NCBI GenBank assembly: GCA_026770705.1
Contig: JANJGN010000009.1
Span: 164,238,001-164,302,000, forward strand
DNA: 64,000 nt
Direction: 5' to 3'
Origin: Isurus oxyrinchus
Lineage: Eukaryota
Part shown: in pieces, positions 23,601 to 36,514 of the stretch
Layout: each line of letters begins with the position of its first letter
Position numbering within the stretch: the first letter of the stretch is position 1
Program-made: the position numbers and the translations under genes
Notes under the pieces: model-generated
What the model was told of the DNA's origin: nothing
What the model saw: the letters and a program-made list of their open reading frames with translations, nothing else
Database searches by the model: none

Positions 23601-26600
23601 TACGACTCAATCAAAACCTGGCCCGAGTCCATGAAAATTGCAGAGGAGTCGGACGTCACTTTGGTCTGAAGGCTGCACAAAGCACAGGGTAGAGGCCCTG
23701 GACTAAGACACCTGCCTTTATCTTGTACAGAAAGTGTTCACATGTGAGTGACATGAACATTGCTCATCAAAACAAGGAGCGATAGGCAGGGAGACATTCT
23801 TTGGAGTTTATTGACAATAATGAACAGTATGTACAAGTGATTAACACCCGTGCCCAGGACGTGAAACTACTTCTCCTCAACCACGCGGTGTCTGGCAGCA
23901 CTGTTGAGACCTTCTGTGCTCGGTGGGTGACCACGGGGGTTGGGGTCCTTTATCCAGCCTCTTAATCACATTTTGGTTTGATGTTGTAAGTGTCCTTTAA
24001 ATCATGTCTTTGGTTTTGCAGTGACCCTAACTTAGGGGCTGCGTTTTATATTATCCCTCATTTTGTTAATTTAGTTTATTGGGTTGGCTTTAAAAGAGCT
24101 ACATCTTCTCAACTTTCCTAATCCTCCCGCTACATCTTGGTGCTCCGCAGACATCCACAGTGGAGGTAAAGACAGTCTGCTGACTGCTATGCTCTGTCTG
24201 TGATAACTTTGGCGGGCATCCTCTGGAGGCCTGAGGCCTGGAGGGCCCCGGCTTCCTTTCGAGGTCCTACTGTGTGGCATTAGCACCCTCCTTGTCCTGT
24301 GGACTGGGAGCTGTCAAGGTCACAGTAAGAGGGGAGTTACCAGGATGAATGGCCCCGGAGGGTACACATGTTGATCCTTCTCGCTATGGGTACCCAATGG
24401 CCATTGGCTGAATCCTTGAGGAGCAGGTGTAGCTGGAGTGAGATCGAGCTGCCTGCACCCCTCTCGCATACACACTGTCAGGGGCCAACTATACATCAGC
24501 AATGGAGTTCAGCCCCGCAGCAGTGTAGGAACAATGCCCTGGACCAACGTCTCCATGGCAGCTGCCATCCTACCAGTGTTGACCTCGGTGCAGTGACATG
24601 CCGGCGCTATCACCTCAGAGTGCAGGCGGATGGACTCCTCCATTGTGCCTTGCAATCTGAGGGGTGCAGCAGATATCCCTTCCTGATGTTCCCGCGTTGG
24701 CCTTTCCAGCTCCAGCAACTGTGACATGACCAAATCCAGAAACGCGTCACCTGACTCGAACTCAGCAAATTTATGGCCTCCAGCTGCCCACTGAGTGCCG
24801 GACACCTGGGAAGCCCCTGCCGCTGCCAGTTGTGGATCAAGCAGTGCAATTTGCTCACCAGCTGTGACCCTGAGTCTACTCTAAAGCTAGATCTCACCGA
24901 GGGGTGTGCCTCTGCACTGGTGGAGGGTGTGGGTGAGGGCAGTGATGGTACAGCAAGGAGGGTCCCTCCAGGTTCCTCTTCAGAGATTTCTTTGGGGATT
25001 ACTTGGTGTCCCTGGTTCTCCATCGGCTGTTTCCCAGATGTGCGTGTGGAAGCAAGTGGAAATATTTTGTGCATGGCAGTGGCCTGTGAAACAGGACACA
25101 TCACTCACAGCATGGTTGTCTGATGGATGTTGCACTGCTGGACCCTCACTTGGCTGAGCACCGCAGACCTCACCGTCAGAACAGGATTGGTCCAGGCCGT
25201 TGCCGGCCAGCTGGATGGCTCTGTTTACAAAGTACTAGTACTGTTCAGGAACATGATGTTCATATTTTCATACATGTCGCTGAATTTGTCAGTCACATTT
25301 ACGCCTCTATTATCAACCAAAGAGCGGGATTGTCCCCGATTTGCACTAAGTGCGTTAGTGGGCGGGGGAATTGATGTTTTACCCACCGGCCACAATGGGG
25401 GGTTTTCAGGCCGCATCGTCCCAAACCCAACGCATTAGTTATGCATTCCCGGGAAACATACCATTTCCATGGTGAGTGGGATCTCATTCACCCCAAACAC
25501 CATCATTTCACTGCTTCATCAGGCCCAGCACCATATGTAAAGTCCAGCCTCGTGCACACATCTCAGTGTTTCCAACCCAGGACCACTGCAGGGAAGATAT
25601 CCCCAAGAGGCAAAAGGACTGTAGCTCCCAGGTTTAGTGAGCTGTCACTGCAACACATTGTGTACACTGTGGGGGCCCTGCTGTGATGTCCTCTACTCCC
25701 ACTCTGGCTGCAGTATGGACAGCGCTGTGACCAACCAGGCCTGGGAGGCGGGGGCAGCGGTGGTATACCCACTGAATTTTATTAAGTTAACCCTCACTGT
25801 CAGATAATGTAGACAGTATGAAAAGTGTGGATGAGAAACCCTTAGAAACTGTCCTTGCTGGATGGAAACAAATACTGGAGAGATTGGAAATTTCTAAATG
25901 AAATGAGTGGATGCCTGATTGTTTTAGAGAATGAAATGCAGGTACAACAAATTTTTTAGGGATCTGAGGAGAGGGCTATCTTGCAATATGATGAAGTATA
26001 GAATATTGAGATTTTTAATTCAATTTGTTTCACACTTTTTGGTCACCATATTAACTGAAAATTTTATTTAAATGAGAGAAGGTCATCATCTAATCGTTTA
26101 TTAATTGTGTTTAATTGTATGCAGTGGTGGCATTAATTGGTGATTCACTTGTGCACCTATAATCAGATGCAGACTGAAACTGCGGGTGGTGGATTTGATT
26201 AGATTCACACAGTAAACAGCACTTTAAAACAGTTCCACAAGTCTTAACCTATCTAACCTCAGAGCTAATCTTTCTCTTTTCCGTTCAGCAACGAACACTG
26301 TAGATTTAAAAAGCTATAGAAGTCCAATAATTTTACCACACAGTGCTTTCACATTGGGGTGTCCACTGACAGCAACTGGGTCTTCAGATCTGGGCCTTGT
26401 TCACACTGTCTCCTGGGAATTCTGACCAGCTACCCTGCTGTCTTCAGGGAGATCTGGCCAACCATCCTGCTGTGTTCTGGGAGATCTAAGCAGCTACCCC
26501 CTCACATAGGCTTCAGTATTCCCTTAAATGTGTTTCTTCTCTTTCATCTCTCTTTGTCGTACCCAGTCTGTTCAGAAATGCTTTTTTCCCAGGATTGATT

Positions 26601-29600
26601 AAATCAATCTTTACTTTAATTCTTAGACTTGTAAAAACAAACTTACCCTATCTTTATGTCACTTCATGACACCTTTTTACAACCTGCATATATCCCCCTT
26701 TGAACTAAAACAACTCAATTCAAACTATTCCTGTTATTGCTTCATGTACAAATCTGTTGAAGTTCTTTTTTGTTTATTAACATATCAAAACCACATCTTA
26801 TTGTTGACTTTTGACCCTATCCACTGATGAGGCAGTCCACGTCATGGAACCATAACCTTAAATCTGGAGATAGGCTCGTCAGGGATGTCAGGAAGCACTT
26901 CTTCACGCAAAGTATAGTGGAAATCAGGAACACTCTCCTCAAAAAAGCTCTTTAGTTCAATTGAAAATTTCAAAACTGAATGACAGATTTTATCTGGTAG
27001 CAATATTCGGGTTATGGGACCCAGGTAGGTAAATGGACAGAAGATACTGGTCAGTTGGGATTTAATTGAATTGTGGAACAGGCTGAAGGGGCTGCATGTC
27101 CGAATCCCTTTTCCATGTTCTGGAGCCCCAGTTAATTTTTCAGTGGTCTGGGCCTTGTGAGTAACAATGTGCTGTGAAACAAGCTCACAAACAGTTAGCA
27201 TTTCAAAGAGACACTTTCCAATCACCAGGCAAACTGTGACCTGTGTTGTTTCAGAGGACAGTTTGTGACAGTGAAAGCAGTGAAGGCCTGCCAAACCTCA
27301 TTAAAAATGTTGGTGAAAGTGTCACTTTTCTCTGGCTAATCCCTTGACCAAAGATGGAATTTTAATTCCCCTCCCCCATCCTGCATCGGGTTGAGGCATG
27401 ATGGGATTTGCTGGATCCAGAACCTTCTCCAGCACGGCTTGTGATTCAGGAGACACACGAAAGCTTCACCCCCACCCCCAGGCAAATGTTTTATACAATT
27501 TCTCCCTCCCCATGATTGGCCAATCCTGCCCCAAGCAGCAAAGTCACCCTGACTCCCTCCTTGCTGCTGTGCTCCGAGGACACATTCCCACCAATTTCCA
27601 AACTTTTACCGTAACTTTCCTACTTGGAAACCAGCCAAACTTTCAATCAGTGTGCAAGAATTCTGGTGAGATTTTGCTGTTAAATTCGGTACAAACTCAA
27701 CATTCCTGGTATTTCCAGCTTTCTCACCACCCCACACACAGTCCCCCCTCTCGTCTCCACGTACCAGGGTTGAAGTGTTCTATCGCAGCATGCAGAGAAC
27801 CAGAGCCAATCACATTTACATTCTTATCCAAAGCTACAAAACATGTAACCGATATCTGACAACATTTTGCCCTCATTTTACCCTTTGCTTTTCTAAGATT
27901 CTCTCCAAATAATTCACATTTAACTCACAAACAATGAAACAGCATTGGAGGCTCACTACCAGCTACGAAGAGATATTGTTCACCATGATATTCATGTTAA
28001 CATACTCTCAGTATCAGAGCTGCTGTTCTGATCTGGAGACCTGATTTGTTCTGATATAATGGCTGAAAGGGTAACTCAGGCCTCTAAGAGGATGGAGAGA
28101 TATGGGGATGGATTTTTAAAAAGTATGGGGTCAGGATTAGAGATGGGTGGGTATGAAATTTGACACCGCTGGTCTCCATGCCAATTTACCATTACAATCT
28201 CAAGCCCGAAACATTTAGAAAGCGGGTGGCTTGCAGTCAAGTGGTGGGCAGCTAACTTAGGAAATAACATTTACCAAAGGGGCCAATTAAAGACCCATTC
28301 CTGCACCCACTGGGATTCCATTCAGCAATGCAAGCAGACCACATTGCCCCTTCAGGATCATGGCCCGGCAGCTGCCGGGTTTTGAAACATAAAATAAACT
28401 TACCTGGACTTTCCCCTTGCTGTCTCCATGCTCAGGTCAGCAACTCCCACCTCACCTGGTGAGGCCCTCTAGCATCAGGAGCCCGCCCTCTGTCCCTGAT
28501 TGGATGGTGAGCCCAGTTCCAGTCTTTTGATTGGCTAGAACATTGAAAATTGCAGTGGGCATGCCTAAAGAATGGTGAATGGTGTCAGGACCTGAAACTA
28601 TCTCCCATGTCCAGTTCCCAAACCCAAATTTAACATCCACCCCATAGAGTGGTAGATGTGTTGGTGAGATTCCAACATGGCAGAGCCTGGCTGAGATGAA
28701 GTGCAAAGTTTGAAGAGTATTTGATTATTAAATGTTCAGTATCTGAATGTTTCTTTCTTTCCAACAGAACCCGTGTCTGTTCCTGTGCTTAGATTTTCAT
28801 CACCGCTAAATGTCTCATGTTCTGGGAGTTCAGTGTCCGTCTCCTGTGAGTCTGTCCAGGGATCCCTTCCCATTCCGTACACATGGTATGAAAAGACCCT
28901 GTCTGAAGATTCAAAGATCTCTGACACCAATAAACTGGATCTACATTGTCAATCCTTCAAACAGCAACATCATCAATATTACTGCACAGCCTCAAATAAT
29001 CAGGGAGTAAAATCCAGTGATACTGTCACTGTTAACTTAACACTCATGAATGTAACAACGAAAAGCTGCAGTTATGTGATACAAATTGGAAACATTGGTA
29101 AGTGTTACTTTCTACAAACAATGTGGCGAATGAATGTTTTAAATTCATGTCTATCCAAACTGGTCACTGGTTCAGTTCCTTCAGTTTATCTGAGAAATTG
29201 CAACTGGCCAAATTCACTCTCTCTGGTTCCTCAAACATTCTGAACAAGGTCACTAAGTTGCATTTTTCATGAAAAATGGACAGGATCAGAAAATATCCCC
29301 AAAACATGCAAAAATATTGCCGAATCTCCAATAAACCCATCGAATCAAAATAGCATTTGATTGACAGAGCTTTCATAAAGCAATTTGTCTATTTCCAGCA
29401 GATGGAATTGTGAAATGCAACCTCCAACTGTTGTGTCCTAGTTTGGGAAGGATATCACTGATAGAATAGAGAAGAATTGAATTAAAATGAACCCTTGGAC
29501 GAGAGGTTTTAGTCATGAGGAAAGTATCATCACAACTGAGGTGAATGACCAGCTGGAGGACGTGGAAATTGTTAGAAATTTGGATAAGGTAACTCTAACT

Positions 29601-32600
29601 ATTTCCACTAGTCAGTGAGTCAGCAACAAGAGAGCATTAACTTTAAAATTATCACTAAAAGGACAAAGGGAGAAATTTGGAGAATTTTATTGATGCAAAC
29701 TGTTTTTAGGACATGAAATACCCAACTGAAATAAGTTTACAAACAAATTTAATAATAGATTTTAAAAGGGAAACAAATGTATGAGGGTGTGGGAAAAGGA
29801 CAATGAAATGGAATTAAATGAGGAGATCATTCAGAGAACCAGCATTCGAGTGATGGGCTGAATTCCCTCCCCTGTGTTGTAAAAATTCCATCACTCCAGA
29901 CAAAATCTCAACTTATCCTGTCTAAAAAATTAACTATTCCCTCCCCATAAAACAGTGACCCTGGTTCTGAAACAAGGATGACTTTAGCCTATTTGAATGT
30001 AACGGTTCAATTTTCTGCCGAGTGGGTGCAGCATGTTCACCGAGAAACACCAACATGGGCACAAAACAAAGAGAATCACATTTTCACCTGAGCAGCAGGA
30101 GACAGGAATTTACATATGCAAATATATTGACTCTGGTCATGTGGTCTCTTGCCTCAGTTGTCAGGGAAGAAGGGTGGAATTTTACACCCCCATTGCGCCA
30201 GGGACTGGGCTGTAAAATGCAGCCAGCCATTCTAAACTCCATGCACTCCAGCAGACCATAAAATCCCACTGTCACAAGCCTCAGACCAAAGGCTGTCAGC
30301 AGCAGGTAGAAATTACACCTGTAAACTGTGTTTGTACTGGAGTTGTCAGCAGGGACTCAGTTGCACTCTGACATTTGATGCCAGTCTTTTGTAGTTACAA
30401 GTTCCCCTTAAGAGTTAAAATTCGGGCTGATACCATGATCCAGCACTGAGGTAGTGCTATACTGGTGGTGGTGCTGCTACGTAGATGAGGTATTAAACTG
30501 AGGATCCACATCCCCCTTAGGTAGATGTAAACAATTCCAGGGTATTATTCACAGAATAGGAAAGTTCTCCTGGTGTCCTTGAAGCCTTTATTCCTCAACC
30601 AATACACACAAATAGGGAGCAGGAGCAGGCCATTTGGTCTTTTGAGCCTGTTAATGTCACTAGAAAACAGATCATCTAGTGAATGTTTTACTGATGTTTG
30701 TGGGGCTTTGCTGTGTACGAATTAACTTCCACGTTTCTTGATATTAAAACTGTGGCTTTACTTCAAAAAAGTACTTCATAGGCTCTGAAGCACTTTGGGA
30801 TATCCCAAGGTTGTGAAAGGTGATGAATCAACACACATTGTTTCTTACTTTTTGAAACAAACGATTTATTAAAATACATCTGAACCAATTATCTGAGTGC
30901 AAACGGCAGGGGGGAGGGGAGGGAGGAGCCAGTCCCAGCAGCAAGGTGGTCATTATAATTAAATGGTCAGAAAATCACTGGCAGGTTTGAGACATTCATG
31001 GTCTGTTGGTGAAGATTCTCATCTTTACTGCAAGCTCAGAAAACTGCCCCCAAAGGGCAGAAAGTGACCATTGCCAGTATTAGGATGTGACTGTTTAATG
31101 TGTTCACATGAAATTCATGTCAAGAAAGTGTATCTCTGGATTGTAGTCCACCAACCTGAGCCCTTAACTGGCCCACTTCTAACTCTGTCCCACCAACTCT
31201 CAGATATAGTAAAGAAAGTGGAATTACCAGTAAAGATAGATCACCACCAAGTATCTGCGACCTCTCCACTTGTGACCAGAGAGGGGTAAATTACACAGAA
31301 ATCAATTCTACCAGCCAGGCTTTTCCTCAATTAATGAGGTTCCATTTGACAATGATGCTCTCTCAGTTGACTACAAGTGAAAATGAGCTGAATCTGAGTG
31401 TTATTCTTTTGCTTCAACAGGACCTGAGTATTTTTGTAACATTTCTACAACAGTATCAACAACTACACATTTGACAAGTACAGATATAATTTCCACTACC
31501 ATTCGAACCACACCTTCAGATCCCGAAAATGCTGAAAGGTACAATGTTCTCATGGACTGGCACTGCTTCCATATGTGAGAGATACGACTGGCCAAAGGAG
31601 TGAAAGTTGTTCATTAATTGTAAAGTAGCTCATCAGAATGGAAATGGTGGCTGGGTTTATATCATGCTGTTGTGTTAGCTTTTTAATGAGGGTGCATTTT
31701 TCTGTTGGAAAATACAAGCAAGGAGTGAGCTTTTCCATTGTGTTGCCGCTCAGATGGTGTTTTTTGCCTTATTCACCTTGATTACTTCACCCCTAAGGTA
31801 ATCTCACAGTGTGTGAGGAGTTGTACTTGTCAAACTTACCTTGCTGCTGTCTACACTGACAGAGTACTTGTATTTGGGCTGATGAAAAGGAAGAATTAGC
31901 ATGATATATCTGCACATCCTTTGGTTTCACTAATGAGAGACATCTTGCAGCTCTGGTCCCGTTTCCATATTATAAACCTAAGCTGTTGACAATAAGTAGC
32001 AGAAATTGTAGTCCGATGTAAACACTCAGGAATCGGGTCTTTGAAGTTACAATGGTGATAATGAGAAAACGCCAGCTAAATGTCAAACAGAAAGAGGGAC
32101 AGTTGGAAATGGACAGCAGGTATGTCCGCAGCTGTGGAGAAAATAAACACGTTCATGGTTTGGGTGCAGACACTTCTTCAGAATTCTAGTCCACACACGA
32201 AATGAAACAGGTCCACTCACCCCACAGATCCCAACTGAGCTGCTGAATGTTTCCAGAATCTTCTGTTTTCCATTCATATTTCTAACACATACAGTGCTCT
32301 TACTTTTATCCAGATTATTGTCAATGATTTAAGAAGTATAGAAAGTATCTGATTTTTATTTTAAGACAAATCTCTATGTCTGCTCTGTTGTATAAAGTTG
32401 ACAACAAAGATCATTTGAATATGAAATCCATATATGTATGAAACAGTTATTACTTCCACTTTTTTCAGGGAACATCAGGTATTCTTGCATTTGGATTTTA
32501 ATAATTAAAACTGACCCAGTATTAAACAGGGCTCAGTGGTAACACACTCACCTTACATGTCAAAGGCTGTGGGTTCACTTCCGCTCCAGAGACCTCAGCA

Positions 32601-35600
32601 CATTATCTTGGCTGACACTCCAGTGCACTACTGAGGGAGTGCTGTGCTGTTAGAGGTGCCACCTCTCAGATGTGATACACCCAAGGCCCATCTGCTCTCT
32701 CAGGTGGGTGTATCAGATCCCATAGTGACATTCATAGGAGATCAGGGCAGTTCTTCCTCGAGACCTGGGCAACATCACTAAACAAAACAAATTATTTGTT
32801 CATCCAACTAATTGCTATTTGTGGGAGCATGCTGTGTGCAAATTGAATGCCACATTTGCCAAATTACCACAGTTACACTGCATTAAAAATATTCATTGCT
32901 TGTAAAGTGCTTTGGGATGTCCTGAGGTCGTGAAAGCCACTTTATAAATATCTACCTTTAAATATTTCTTTAAACAAATGGCCAATAATCAATTGTGAAC
33001 CAACACTGTCCCTTGTCTATTCTCTGTTTCACAGTCTGATTTACATTGTGCTCGGAGTGCTGGGGGGCATTCTTGTGGTGTTTGCTGTTTCTCTACTTCT
33101 GTACCTGAGGCAAATCAACAAGGGTGAGTTTTTATTTCTCTTTAATCATTTTATTACATGGCAATAATTTGCTGCAGAAGGATAGAATATACAGTTTGTT
33201 GGATCAATCAACAATCACCCATGACCCTAGTATTCTCATTCTGGTCTACACATATTGAACATGGGGCTGAATTTTTCTTTATTCGAGCGGGTGCACACCA
33301 GACCCAAACAAGAATAAAATAGTGCGCGATGAGGTCAGACGAGCGTCTGGACATTATCGTACACTCTGGCGATATTTCTCTCTGCAGGCACGTGCGAGAG
33401 GCGGCAGCACGCCCGCTGACAATGAAGCAACCTATTAAGGCCCTTAATCAATTAATAGAATTGAATTTTTTGCTGCCGGTCCAACTGTTCAGTTGGTTTG
33501 TGGTCGAATCGGCCAATCAGCCTTTGCACTTTTGGCGAAACCTCATCAATGGGCGGGATGGGGTTTTGACCAGTGATTAAAGCAAAAACTTTGAGAACTC
33601 GTATTTAAATGGCCATGGTCATGTGACAAAGTCACATGAGGGGACATGTTTTCATTAGTTTTCAATTCTTTATTTCAATTGTTCAAAATCTTCAGCTCCC
33701 TGAGGCAGCTCTGAGACTCAGGGAGCTTTCACTGTGAGCACGTGCACACATGCACAAACTTGCACGCTTGCCCTCCTCCTGCCCTCACGCCAGCAGTGCT
33801 GAGCGTTGCAGCACGTATTATGCACTGACTGGCCATTAATTGTCCAGCCCGTGTGAAATCGATGTTGGGGCCTGATCGGGGGCAGTGGTCGGCTTCACAA
33901 CCACTCCTGAGCCCACCTGCCATGCCCGCCCGACAAGGGCAAAATTCTGCCCATGGAATAATTAAGTTGAGTATTGCTGATAAAAAATACATTTGAACAG
34001 ATGAACAAGGAGCAGGAGTAGGCCATTCAGCCCCTCGAGCCTGCTCCGTTATTCAATAATGTCATGACTGATCTGATGGTAACCTGAAATCTGCATCCCA
34101 GCTACCCCCCACATAACCTATCACCCCCTTGTTTACCAAGAATCTATTCACCTTCCCCTTAAAAATATTCAAAGACTCTGCTTCCCCCACCTTTTCAGGA
34201 AGAGAGTTCCAAAGACTCATGACCCTAGGCGTGAAAAAATTTTGCCTCATCTCCATTTTAAATGGGGCGACCCCTTATTTTTAAATAATTACCCCTAGCT
34301 CTAGATTCTTCCACAAGAGGAAACATTCTCTCCACATCCAGCCCATCAAGACCCCTCAGGATTTTATTCTGTTGAAGCAATCAGCACTCTCTTCTCATGC
34401 ACTATAAATTGTTGCTCCCTTTATTGTTGGTATTGTTGCAAACTGTCCTGATGAGAACAAGGCAAAAAGCTTTGACAGCGCGTCTCTTTGAATGAGAAAA
34501 ATTGGGCCTCTGATTTCTCCCTGTGATGAATTGCTTGACCTTCCATCAATGACACAACATAACAGGTACTTGTATTCAGGATAGAATTGATCAGTTTTTG
34601 AAATGCTCAATCCTAAACACACGGGAGTTAATTTTCTCTTTCACATCACGGGTGTTAATCTGTCAGAGTGCTAAATAGAAATTAATGGAATGAAATTTGG
34701 GTGTGTTCTCTAATAGACAATCTGTTCTGTCAGACAGTAAACGTCATATGCTGGTAGTGTAGTTGCTGGTTTCTGGTGTGTGTGGCCTATATTACCGAGA
34801 GAAACTAGTGTTACTCTGTTACTTGCTTTAAACTGCTTTATTAACACTGTATTTAAGATAGGTTACAGAGTAGGTATGCCTCCCCTGAGTAGAGTGTTCC
34901 ATCCTCTCTCCCAGGTAAATAGCACATGACTGCCAATTTCATTGATACATCATGGTGTACATCACTCATCAGCATAGCTATTCTATTAACCCATTACACT
35001 ACAAACCCTTTTGTCATGCTATGTATAATTACCAGGCTGATTGTTCAATCCATGTTGGAAATCATTGGTGCAATGCAGATGAACACATTTCCATGAATGT
35101 GGATCAATGTCAGGTTTAGTTACTTGCAACTCATGTTTAGTTTAGAGATTTTAAACATATTAACCATTCCTTGTTACAGTTCTTTCAACAGTTACATTGT
35201 AATTTTTCAGGTCCAAGCTGCATTCCAAGTCAGTGGAGAGACAAGACTCTCCATGATAATCAGGTAAGGATATAAACATTACTTCTCTGAATACTGTTTG
35301 GAAATTTGCAAGCTGGTGGATATAGAATTTACTAAGAACTTACAGCCATTCGGCCCATCTGCACGAGGCTGGTTTTTATGCTCCACACGAACCTCCTCTC
35401 ACCCCTCTTCATCCCACCCTATCAGCATATCCTTCTGTCCTTTACTCTCTCATGTGCTTATCTAGCTTTCCTTTAAATGCAGAAATCCTATTGGACTCAA
35501 CTCCTCCCCAGGGAAGGAATAAGGAATTCAGAAGCAACTTCTTTACCCAGAGAGTGTCAGAATCTGAAATTCGTTACTTTAAGTTAAAGTTCAGGCAAAT

Positions 35601-36205
35601 ACCATAAATAAAGCTGGATAAAGCTGGATAAGCAGTTGAGGGAGAAGGTAATAGAAAGATATTTTGAAGAGGTTGGATGAAGAGGGGTGGGAGGAGGCTT
35701 GTGAGGAGAATGATACTGGTATAGACCCATTGGGCTGAATTGTTTGTTTCTGTGCTGTAAATAATTTTTAATATCTTGTAATCCTTTATAAACTGATTTA
35801 TAATAATGGATATATAGCTTTCTCCTCATAACAGCACAAGTCACTATTCAGGCTAATCAAAAATAAATGCAATCATTTTTTTAATATATTTAGGTATTGG
35901 CAGCAGAGGAAGTGAGCACTCTGTATGCAAATGTAAACCACACTCAAAGGAGCTCGGCAGGAACACACAGAGAGGGAACTGCCGAGTTGAATAATGAGGA
36001 AATCACGTATGCAGCAGTGCAGTTGCAAAAGAAATCGTCTACACAGAGAGGTGAAGGGACAAGTCACTCAGTTAACAACCCGGACAGTGTCATCTACAGT
36101 GGAGTCATGATTCACAACCAGCCCACAAAGAAAAACCCTAAAACTCTATTACATGATACTCCCCAGGAATCTGAAATGGCAATTTATGCTACCGTTACTC
36201 ATTAG
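20584..36205 (+). CDS. Complete inhibitory-type CD300/pIgR-like Ig receptor (MDIR-like), 7 coding exons: 20584-20623, 22483-22794, 28768-29097, 31421-31538, 33035-33123, 35211-35263, 35894-36205; 417 aa
   Basis: All six introns are GT..AG with matching phases (1,1,1,2,1,0). Exon lengths sum to 1254 nt with one open frame ending in TAG. Architecture is SP-V-C2-stalk-TM-ITIM tail. Confidence 0.9.
22483..22794 (+). CDS. Exon 2, Ig V domain of CD300/pIgR/TREM type
   Basis: GRAITIECHY...KYWCRGWTRQC...FIVTMKDLHSGDTGWYSC: canonical V-set Cys/Trp plus the family's extra C-x6-C pair; acceptor ctcctcag, donor G|gtacat. Confidence 0.95.
23680..25212 (-). mobile_element. Harbinger internal fragment (Myb gene exons 2-3) in intron 2
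   Basis: Homologous to 8430-9770; ORF 24509-24805 MSQLLELERPTREHQEG matches ORF 9010-9273. Confidence 0.85.
25323..25770 (+). mobile_element. Harbinger terminal fragment with start of decayed Myb exon
   Basis: gatttgcactaagtgcg subterminal motif as at 3930 and 10545; APRFSELSL peptide. Confidence 0.6.
28768..29097 (+). CDS. Exon 3, Ig C2 domain (FcR-like/PECAM-like)
   Basis: PVSVPVL...VSVSCESVQGSLPIPYTWY...YYCTASN; acceptor ttccaacag, donor G|gtaagt. Confidence 0.92.
30140..32346 (+). repeat. Segmental duplication / conversion tract, copy 2
   Basis: Direct repeat of 1-2207; homology ends after ...gtcaatgatttaa. Confidence 0.97.
31421..31538 (+). CDS. Exon 4, Thr/Ser-rich stalk (GPEYFCNISTTVSTTTHLTSTDIISTTIRTTPSDPENAE)
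   Basis: Acceptor ttcaacag, donor AG|gtacaa; phase 1 in and phase 2 out join exons 3 and 5 in frame. Confidence 0.85.
32525..32960 (+). mobile_element. Deu-domain SINE
   Basis: tRNA-like head (ctcagtggt...gggttc) followed by ccagtgcactactgagggagtgctg core. Confidence 0.7.
33035..33123 (+). CDS. Exon 5, uncharged transmembrane segment (LIYIVLGVLGGILVVFAVSLLLYL-RQINK)
   Basis: Acceptor tttcacag, donor G|gtgagt; 24 hydrophobic residues followed by basic residues. Confidence 0.9.
33264..33952. mobile_element. Harbinger-type MITE, complete
   Basis: TIRs GGGCTGAATTTT / AAAATTCTGCCC; 3-bp TSD ATG on both sides. Confidence 0.8.
33995..34395 (-). mobile_element. CR1 3' fragment
   Basis: ORF 34062-34256 RQNFFTPRVMSLWNSLP. 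Confidence 0.85.
35211..35263 (+). CDS. Exon 6, juxtamembrane cytoplasmic segment (GPSCIPSQWRDKTLHDNQ)
   Basis: Acceptor tttttcag, donor CAG|gtaagg; converts phase 1 to phase 0 as required by the last exon. Confidence 0.8.
35894..36205 (+). CDS. Exon 7, cytoplasmic tail with TLYANV, ITYAAV, VIYSGV and AIYATV motifs
   Basis: Acceptor atatttag, phase 0, ORF 35897-36205; ITSM/ITIM consensus matches. Confidence 0.9.
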   Translation, partial: VLAAEEVSTLYANVNHTQRSSAGTHREGTAELNNEEITYAAVQLQKKSSTQRGEGTSHSVNNPDSVIYSGVMIHNQPTKKNPKTLLHDTPQESEMAIYATVTH

Positions 36206-36514
36206 CAAAACCATTCGGGTGGCGCATGTCCTGCCCAGTGCACTTAACTTTGCATCTCAGTTGCATTGAATTTCTTCTGCCATGAGCTGTCCACATATTT
36301 ACTTTAGTCCAATTCTTCCTTTAACTTGGGAATTGTTTCCTCCATTCCCACTGCTCCTCCCAGTTTGGAAGCATCAGCAAATGTAATCAATTCACCTTGA
36401 GTTTCAGAGTCCAGGACATTAATGTAAATTAGAGTGGTCCCAATACCAGGCCTTATAGCACCGCACTCACCAGCCAGAACCCCCACCCCCCCAACACCCC
36501 CAGCATTGGTAGCT

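Noticed and set aside
34758-35003. Possible solo LTR (TGTAGT...ACTACA) in intron 5
   Set aside because: The termini fit, but there is no target-site duplication or second copy in the window.
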